Shown: one piece after another, positions 10,574-16,557 of the stretch
How the letters are laid out: each line of letters begins with the position of its first letter
How positions within the stretch are numbered: the first letter of the stretch is position 1
Source of the DNA: a virus
Length of the DNA stretch: 19,203 nucleotides
Reading direction: 5' to 3' (one strand)
Virus genome (UHGV): UHGV-0124605
Translations under genes and position numbers: made by a program
Notes under the pieces: model-generated
Seen by the model: the letters and a program-made list of their open reading frames with translations, nothing else
What the model was told of the DNA's origin: nothing
The model's database searches: none

Positions 10574-11028
10574 TGATTCAGTTCAAACCAACGCGAAACA
10601 TCGACCTGATCGAAGCAGTCGGAAATCACCATGACATTATTGCCGGAAGCAACAACGGTGATGGATACGACTACAAGCCTGAATGCCGTTACTTTGAAGT
10701 GAACGTGCACGGGCAGTTCGGCGGCATTGTTTACTATCATGAGATTCAGCCTCTGACATTCGATTGCCACGCCATGTACCTGCCAGAGGTTCGTGGATTC
10801 AGCAAGGAAATCGGGCTGGCGTTCTGGCGATACATTCTGACTAACACCACCGTTCAGTGCGTCACATCGTTCGCTGCACGCAAATTCCGCCACGGGCAGA
10901 TGTACTGCGCAATGATTGGCCTTAATCGTGTAGGAACCATCAAGAAATACTTCAAAGGCGTGGATGACGTGACGTTTTACAGCGCTACACGCGAAGAACT
11001 AATCGACTTCCTGAATCACGGGAGATAG
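10573..11028 (+). CDS. 14: Ejection/assembly-associated protein at the P22 gp14 position
   Basis: 151 aa ORF whose ATG overlaps the needle stop (TAATG), located between gene 26 and gene 7 as gp14 is in P22. Called by synteny only; I do not recall the P22 gp14 sequence. Confidence 0.65.
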   Translation: MIQFKPTRNIDLIEAVGNHHDIIAGSNNGDGYDYKPECRYFEVNVHGQFGGIVYYHEIQPLTFDCHAMYLPEVRGFSKEIGLAFWRYILTNTTVQCVTSFAARKFRHGQMYCAMIGLNRVGTIKKYFKGVDDVTFYSATREELIDFLNHGR

Positions 11029-11030
11029 CC

Positions 11031-11723
11031 ATGTTATATGCATTTAAGCTGGGCAGAAAACTGCGCGGCGAGGAACCTTATTGCCCTGAAAAAGGCGGGA
11101 AAGGTGGCAGTTCTGATAAAAGCGCAAAGTATGCAGCAGAAGCTCAGAAGTATGCCGCAGACCTGCAAAATCAGCAGTGGCAGACGATCATGAAAAACCT
11201 TGCTCCGTTCACGCCGCTTGCGGAGCAGTATGTTAACCAGCTTCAGAACCTTTCCAGTTTAGAAGGTCAGGGGCAGGCACTTAATCAGTATTACAACTCT
11301 CAGCAGTATAAAGACCTTGCAGGTCAGGCTCGTTACCAGAGTCTTGCTGCTGCGGAGGCAACGGGAGGACTTGGTTCGACAGCCACAAGCAATCAACTGG
11401 CTACGATCGCGCCGACTCTCGGTCAGTCTTGGTTATCAAACCAGATGAGCAACTACAACAATCTGGCAAACATTGGCCTTGGTGCGCTGCAAGGTCAGGC
11501 GAACGCCGGGCAGACATACGCCAACAACATGAGCAGCATTGCACAGCAAAGTGCTGCACTTGCCGCTGCTAATGCCAATAAACCATCAAGTCTTCAGACA
11601 GCAATTAGTGGCGGAACGTCTGGTGCGATTGCCGGTGCAGGTCTTGCCAGCCTTTTGGGAACATCAACACCTTGGGGCGCTGGCATTGGTGCTGGTATCG
11701 GATTGCTTGGCTCGTTGTTTTAA
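11031..11723 (+). CDS. 7: Ejection (E) protein gp7-like
   Basis: 230 aa (P22 gp7 is 229). MLYAF.LGRKLRGEEP.PEKGGKGGSSD.SAKYAAEAQKYAADLQNQQ and the Gly/Ala-rich C-terminus ...GLLGSLF match from memory. RBS GGGAGA upstream. Confidence 0.9.
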   Translation: MLYAFKLGRKLRGEEPYCPEKGGKGGSSDKSAKYAAEAQKYAADLQNQQWQTIMKNLAPFTPLAEQYVNQLQNLSSLEGQGQALNQYYNSQQYKDLAGQARYQSLAAAEATGGLGSTATSNQLATIAPTLGQSWLSNQMSNYNNLANIGLGALQGQANAGQTYANNMSSIAQQSAALAAANANKPSSLQTAISGGTSGAIAGAGLASLLGTSTPWGAGIGAGIGLLGSLF

Positions 11724-11732
11724 GGGGTAATC

Positions 11733-13028
11733 ATGGCTACTTGGCAAGGATCAAATGGCGGATTGTTGGCTGGTATCGGCGGCGTCAACTCAAACGCTCC
11801 GAGCGTAAATGACATCGGCAATACGCTTCAGCTTATCAGGCAGAACAATGATATTGAGCGTTCAGGCGCTAACAATGTTGGGCTGACTGCTTTGCAAGGC
11901 CTTTCAGGTATTGCGGGGGTGTTTCAGCTGGAAAAGCAGGCTCAGCGGCAGAAAGAATTTCAGCAGGCGTACGCTAATGCTTATGCGTCTGGTGATCGCG
12001 GTGCTTTGCGTCAGTTGGCTACTCAATATCCAGACCAGATTGAATCCGTTCGTAAAGGCATGGGATTCATTGATGAAGACCAGCGGAATTCTATCGGCAC
12101 CTTAGCGGCTGGCGCACGCCTTGCGTCATCGTCTCCAGAAGCAATGCAATCATGGCTGCAAAACAACGCCAAGGAACTGACTCGCGTCGGTGTTGACCCT
12201 AACAGCGTTGCTCAGATGTATCAGCAGAATCCTTCAGGATTTGGTGAGTTTGTTGATCACCTTGGAATGGCTGCTCTTGGCCCGATTGACTACTTCAATG
12301 TTCAGGACAAGATGGCTGGTCGTGAAATTGACCGAGGCAGGCTGGCAGAGACAATCCGCAGCAATCAGGCTGGAGAAGCACTAACAGCGCGTGGTCAGGA
12401 CATCCAGATACGTGGACAGAACATCAGCGCACAGAATGCTGCTCTTTCCCGCGAAATACAAAGAGCAGAATTACAAGAAAAGGCTCTGGACAGACAGATA
12501 GCCAGAGAAAGCAATCAGTTAAAGCTTGAAGAGCTAAAACAGAAACAGGCAGATGTTCGGCAAAAGGCTGACATAGCCCGCGCTGACAGGCAGGCCGCCG
12601 CTCAGGGTGCAGTTGATACGTTCAGCACCGCGCTTGATTCTCTCAACGAGATAGAGCAAAGCCCCGGCCTTTCAAAAGCAGTAGGAATTCGCTCAGCGTT
12701 TCCGACAGTTCCTGGCTCTGATGCGGCTAACTTTGAAGCAAGGCTCGACACCTTTAAAGCTCAAACATTCCTTCCTATGGTGCAGTCCCTGAAGGGTATG
12801 GGCGCTCTTTCAGATGCTGAGGGTAAAAAATTATCCGATGCGGTTGGTGCCCTAAGCCCCAAAATGAGTGAAAAGGCTTTTCGTGACTCTATCGGAAAGA
12901 TTAGAAATCAGCTTGAAAGCAAGTTGAGCACTGTTAAAAAACAGTTTGATTATCAGGAGCCAGTACAGAATATGCCAGGGCAACAATCTACTACTGGCAG
13001 TAACTTTTCTTCACTATGGGGTGATTAA
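11733..13028 (+). CDS. 20: Ejection (E) protein gp20-like
   Basis: 431 aa in the syntenic position after gp7, with low-complexity Gln/Ala-rich and coiled-coil content typical of P22-like internal ejection proteins. Stop overlaps the next start. Confidence 0.8.
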   Translation: MATWQGSNGGLLAGIGGVNSNAPSVNDIGNTLQLIRQNNDIERSGANNVGLTALQGLSGIAGVFQLEKQAQRQKEFQQAYANAYASGDRGALRQLATQYPDQIESVRKGMGFIDEDQRNSIGTLAAGARLASSSPEAMQSWLQNNAKELTRVGVDPNSVAQMYQQNPSGFGEFVDHLGMAALGPIDYFNVQDKMAGREIDRGRLAETIRSNQAGEALTARGQDIQIRGQNISAQNAALSREIQRAELQEKALDRQIARESNQLKLEELKQKQADVRQKADIARADRQAAAQGAVDTFSTALDSLNEIEQSPGLSKAVGIRSAFPTVPGSDAANFEARLDTFKAQTFLPMVQSLKGMGALSDAEGKKLSDAVGALSPKMSEKAFRDSIGKIRNQLESKLSTVKKQFDYQEPVQNMPGQQSTTGSNFSSLWGD

Positions 13029-15025
13029 TGGCTAAAGCATGGAAAGATGTTATCGCCTCTCCACAGTATCAGGCGTTAGCACCAGAACAAAAAGCGCAGG
13101 CTCAGGAGCAATACTTCAATGAAGTCGTGGCCCCGCAAGCCGGAGAAAATGCAGAGCAGGCTAAGCAAGCTTTCTATGCTGCCTATCCATTGCCATCTGT
13201 GCAGCCAGTGGAGACACAACAACCAGTAGCACAGCAACAACCACAGCAAAGTGGATTTATGTCTGATCTTGGTGAAGCAGTAAAAGAGACTGGTCGCGGA
13301 CTGGTGCAGGCTGGCGTGAACGTGGCAAACATACCTGCATCAGTTGCCGATGCTGTAACAAGCGCGGCGGCTTGGGCTGGCGGTAAACTCGGTATTGGCG
13401 ATGGTACATATCAACCAGCACCACGAGTAACAACGCAGGGATTAGAGCAGGACTTTGGCCTTCAGCAAGGTGCGCTGACTCCACAAACGACAGAGGGAAG
13501 GGTATTTGCTGAAGCATTGCCTTACCTCACTCCTGCTGGCGTTGAGAGAGCGGCGGTACAGGCACCAACACTTGCTGGTCGAATTGCTCAGGGGGCAACT
13601 CGCCTTCTAGCAGAAAACGCAGTTGGATCACTTGCTGCAAATAGTGCGAAAGATGATGCGGAAGCACTCGCCACCGATTTAGGCGTTGGTGTACTTGCTG
13701 GCGGTGCTATTAACGCTGCCGGACGTGGATTAGGTGCTGCTTATCGTGGCGTTCGTGGTGCTATCGCGCCAGAAGCGCAGCAGGCTATCAGATTTGCAGA
13801 GCGTGAAGGAGTTCCTCTGCACACCACAGACCTGTTACAACCAACTTCCCGCGTCGGAAAAATGGCGCAGACTACAGCAGAAAATATCCCTCTGGCTGGC
13901 ACAAGCGGAATGAGAGCAACGCAACAGGAAGCTAGAAGCCAGTTGGTGCAGAGATTTGCTGATAAATTCGGTGAGTATGATCCAGCGGTTGTTATTGACA
14001 GCCTTAAAGCGAAAACATCAGGAATTCGTCGTGCTGCAGGGAATCGTCTTGAGCAGGTTCAGAATGCAATGGCGGGAGTCAATATCCAGCCTGCGCGAGC
14101 AATTCAGCAGATTGATACTGAGATATCTAATCTGCAGAAGCTTGGTAAGGTAGCTGATAACGAGACAATTTCAAAACTTCAGTCATATCGTGATGAGCTT
14201 GTTCGCAATGCTGGTCCTGATGGTCCGGTAAATCTGGATTTGAAGCAATTAAGCGACCTGCGCAGCCAGTTCAGAATGGACGTGAAGGGTGAGCGACCAG
14301 TGTTACCAAACCGTTCCGATGCTGCCATTCAGCGCGTTTACAAGGCAATGACTGACGATATCAATGGTGCCATTGGTCAGAATCTTGGCAACGATACTCT
14401 CCGTAAATATCAGCAGGCCAATGCCGTCTACGCTGACGAAGCGGCGAAACTAAAGAATACCAGGCTGAAGAATGTTCTCATGAAAGGCGACCTGACGCCG
14501 GAAGTCGTCAACAACATGCTATTCAGCAAGAACAAATCGGAAATTAAGACGCTGTATAACTCAGTTGGTCGTGTTGGCAGGGCGCAAATGCGCAATGGCA
14601 TCATTGGAAAGGCGATGGAGAAATCTGGCGGATCCCCTGACCAGTTCCTTCGGCAGCTTAACATCCTGCAAAACCAGACTGGCATCACATTTAAGGGGCA
14701 GGACGCTGCTTATCTGAAAGGATTAAAAAACTACCTGCAATCCACGCAGCAGGCTGCAAAAGCGGCAGTAACAACACCCACAGGGCAGCAAACTATCCCG
14801 TTCATTATTGGGTATGGGACGGCAATGAACCCGGCGACAACTGGCGCAGCAGTAAGCTACGGACTTCTTACTCGCGCCTATGAGAGCGAGCCATTCAGAA
14901 ATGCAATGCTCCGAATGGCAAACACCCCACGCGGATCAACAGCGTTTGAGAAAGCCATGCAGCAGGCACAAAAGGCAATTAACGCTATGACGCAGGGGGC
15001 TAAGTCTGATGCGTTGTCAGAATAG
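13028..15025 (+). CDS. 16: Ejection (E) protein gp16-like
   Basis: 665 aa in the syntenic position, the last gene of the late structural block before the accessory region. Ala/Gly/Gln-rich as in gp16-type proteins. Confidence 0.8.
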   Translation: MAKAWKDVIASPQYQALAPEQKAQAQEQYFNEVVAPQAGENAEQAKQAFYAAYPLPSVQPVETQQPVAQQQPQQSGFMSDLGEAVKETGRGLVQAGVNVANIPASVADAVTSAAAWAGGKLGIGDGTYQPAPRVTTQGLEQDFGLQQGALTPQTTEGRVFAEALPYLTPAGVERAAVQAPTLAGRIAQGATRLLAENAVGSLAANSAKDDAEALATDLGVGVLAGGAINAAGRGLGAAYRGVRGAIAPEAQQAIRFAEREGVPLHTTDLLQPTSRVGKMAQTTAENIPLAGTSGMRATQQEARSQLVQRFADKFGEYDPAVVIDSLKAKTSGIRRAAGNRLEQVQNAMAGVNIQPARAIQQIDTEISNLQKLGKVADNETISKLQSYRDELVRNAGPDGPVNLDLKQLSDLRSQFRMDVKGERPVLPNRSDAAIQRVYKAMTDDINGAIGQNLGNDTLRKYQQANAVYADEAAKLKNTRLKNVLMKGDLTPEVVNNMLFSKNKSEIKTLYNSVGRVGRAQMRNGIIGKAMEKSGGSPDQFLRQLNILQNQTGITFKGQDAAYLKGLKNYLQSTQQAAKAAVTTPTGQQTIPFIIGYGTAMNPATTGAAVSYGLLTRAYESEPFRNAMLRMANTPRGSTAFEKAMQQAQKAINAMTQGAKSDALSE

Positions 15026-15115
15026 CTTTTCAAATACCAGGAACGTGCAAAAACCAAATATGTAGAACGCGAGGTTTATCGTATCCCTCTGCATAGGCGA
15101 TACCTTTGCTGATTG

Positions 15116-15601
15116 TTATCTGATGTTACTGCTACTGTTGCATGTGACTGTATTTCCAAACCCTGAATTGCAGTTTGTGTAAGTGTCAACTCGTGTTGGA
15201 TAGGGTTGAGTTATAACAGGCTGTCTCGCTTTTTGCTCGATCGCTTGCATTGTGTTTACAGCCTGATAATTCAATAAAGCCTGCTGGAATGCTTGGCTTT
15301 GCGCTATTTGTTGGGCTTGTTCTTGGCTTTGTAGTTGAACATAAAGATTCTGAAGCTCAAGTCTTGCCTGCGCGTCACTTATCTTGCCATCATCGACACC
15401 TTGCCCGAGCATCTTCGCAGCAAGGACATATAACTTAGGTGTTGGTGCTGATGCCATGCGTGAGTCGTTCTTCACGCTAGCATCAAGGCAATTAGCCATA
15501 TCGCTAAGCTTTGGATAGCGTTGTTCGCAATTTGCCTGATAGTCGCTAACCTTTGCACACCCTGCCAGCAGAAGCGGGATAATTAACAGTGATTTTTTCA
15601 T
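15116..15601 (-). CDS. Predicted lipoprotein (161 aa), function unknown; candidate superinfection-exclusion or lysogenic-conversion protein
   Basis: On the - strand, strong RBS AAGGAGAG 7 nt upstream of the ATG at 15601-15599. Signal peptide MKKSLLIIPLLLAGC with lipobox LAG|C. Mature part has two Cys pairs and a Gln-rich helical segment. The ORF-track start at 15631 would place the RBS inside the coding sequence, so I prefer 15601. Confidence 0.7.
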   Translation of the reverse strand: MKKSLLIIPLLLAGCAKVSDYQANCEQRYPKLSDMANCLDASVKNDSRMASAPTPKLYVLAAKMLGQGVDDGKISDAQARLELQNLYVQLQSQEQAQQIAQSQAFQQALLNYQAVNTMQAIEQKARQPVITQPYPTRVDTYTNCNSGFGNTVTCNSSSNIR

Positions 15602-15735
15602 ATGATTAACTCTCCTTATCTTTGCCATCATGGCACTGTTGGGTGTAAATGAGTTATTAACTCAATCGACAATATCTTCACGAAAATACTTTTTATTATT
15701 AAGATCTTTCTGATTCTAACAAAACGTAAAGTAAT

Positions 15736-16155
15736 ATGAAGAGGATTATCGGCGTCGTTGCTGGCGCTATATTGTTATCTGGGTGCGCAACTATTGTTGG
15801 TGACGAAACACAGCTTGTGCAAGTGAACAGCAATCCTTCCGGCGCGAGCTTTAAGGTAAAAGACGAATCAGGCGTGATTGTTGCGCAAGGTAAGACCCCG
15901 CAAGGAGTAACTCTTGCCAAGTCAGATGGTAGTTATTTTGGCAAAAAGAGCTACCAGATCACTATGGAGAAGGATGGGTACGAACCAGTTACCCTGCCAA
16001 TCAAAGCCAATGCTAATGGTTGGTATATTGGTGGAAACCTTGTGTTTGGTGGGTTAATTGGTTGGCTTGCTGTAGATCCATTTAATGGCGGGATGTATAC
16101 CTTGAAGCCTAAAGAGGCAAATGCATCCCTTATACCGTCCACAAAGCAAGACTAG
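15736..16155 (+). CDS. Predicted lipoprotein (139 aa) with PEGA-like beta domain and Gly-rich hydrophobic C-terminal segment, function unknown
   Basis: Signal peptide MKRIIGVVAGAILLSGC with lipobox LSG|C. NSNPSGASFKV...GKTPQGVTL...GYEPV resembles a PEGA-type domain. C-terminal WYIGGNLVFGGLIGWLAVDPFNGGMY is glycine-zipper-like. Followed by a terminator hairpin. Confidence 0.7.
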   Translation: MKRIIGVVAGAILLSGCATIVGDETQLVQVNSNPSGASFKVKDESGVIVAQGKTPQGVTLAKSDGSYFGKKSYQITMEKDGYEPVTLPIKANANGWYIGGNLVFGGLIGWLAVDPFNGGMYTLKPKEANASLIPSTKQD

Positions 16156-16162
16156 TAAATGG

Positions 16163-16186
16163 AACCCACCATCAGGTGGGTTTTTT
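16163..16186 (+). terminator. Rho-independent terminator hairpin between the convergent lipoprotein and mnt genes
   Basis: AACCCACC (16163-16170), loop ATCA, GGTGGGTT (16175-16182), then TTTT. The downstream arm overlaps the last codons and stop of mnt on the opposite strand. Confidence 0.6.
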
Positions 16187-16423
16187 GTACAAATCCTTCA
16201 GCGTATCAAACACCATCTTCTTAACAAGTTCAGACTGCTCATCAGCGATACGTTCCGCATCGTCTCGATAGCCTGAAATTTTGGATGGCTTTGATACAGC
16301 ATCAGTCACTATCTGAACTAATTCTGAATTAAGAGAGCGGCCATTGGATTTGGCTCGCTGTTTTAGTTTTTCCTTTAATTCGTAAGGTAGCCGCAGATTA
16401 AATTGCGGGTCATCTCTTCCCAT
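16172..16423 (-). CDS. mnt: Mnt repressor (ribbon-helix-helix, Arc/MetJ family)
   Basis: 83 aa: MGRDDPQFNLRLPYELKEKLKQRAKSNGRSLNSELVQIVTDAVSKPS...GYRDDAERIADEQSELVKKMVFDTLKDLYKKPT, near-identical to P22 Mnt as recalled, same length. Confidence 0.93.
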   Translation of the reverse strand: MGRDDPQFNLRLPYELKEKLKQRAKSNGRSLNSELVQIVTDAVSKPSKISGYRDDAERIADEQSELVKKMVFDTLKDLYKKPT

Positions 16424-16455
16424 TCTTGATGCCTCGCTCTTGTGAGTGGATCGGC

Positions 16456-16484
16456 ATCTTATTATCTGCTGGTTGCATCCTCAA
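16456..16484 (-). promoter_or_regulatory. Candidate sigma70 promoter for mnt (Pmnt)
   Basis: On the - strand, TTGAGG (complement of 16479-16484), 17-nt spacer, TAAGAT (complement of 16456-16461), about 30 nt upstream of the mnt ATG. Consensus-like only; not verified. Confidence 0.3.
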
Positions 16485-16487
16485 TAA

Positions 16488-16500
16488 GACCACGGTGGTC
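16488..16500. promoter_or_regulatory. Mnt-operator-like palindrome GACCAC-G-GTGGTC
   Basis: Perfect 6-bp inverted arms around a central G. The core CCACGGTGG is the same as I recall for the P22 mnt operator. Lies between mnt and the tailspike start. Confidence 0.55.
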
Positions 16501-16557
16501 GTATTTTTGTTTAATAATGAATCACTGCGGCCATTCCTTGTATCTGGAGCAAATTAA

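Noticed and set aside
10516-10893. 125-aa ORF on the - strand across the needle/gp14 junction
   Set aside because: Antisense to two translationally coupled late genes; no independent support.
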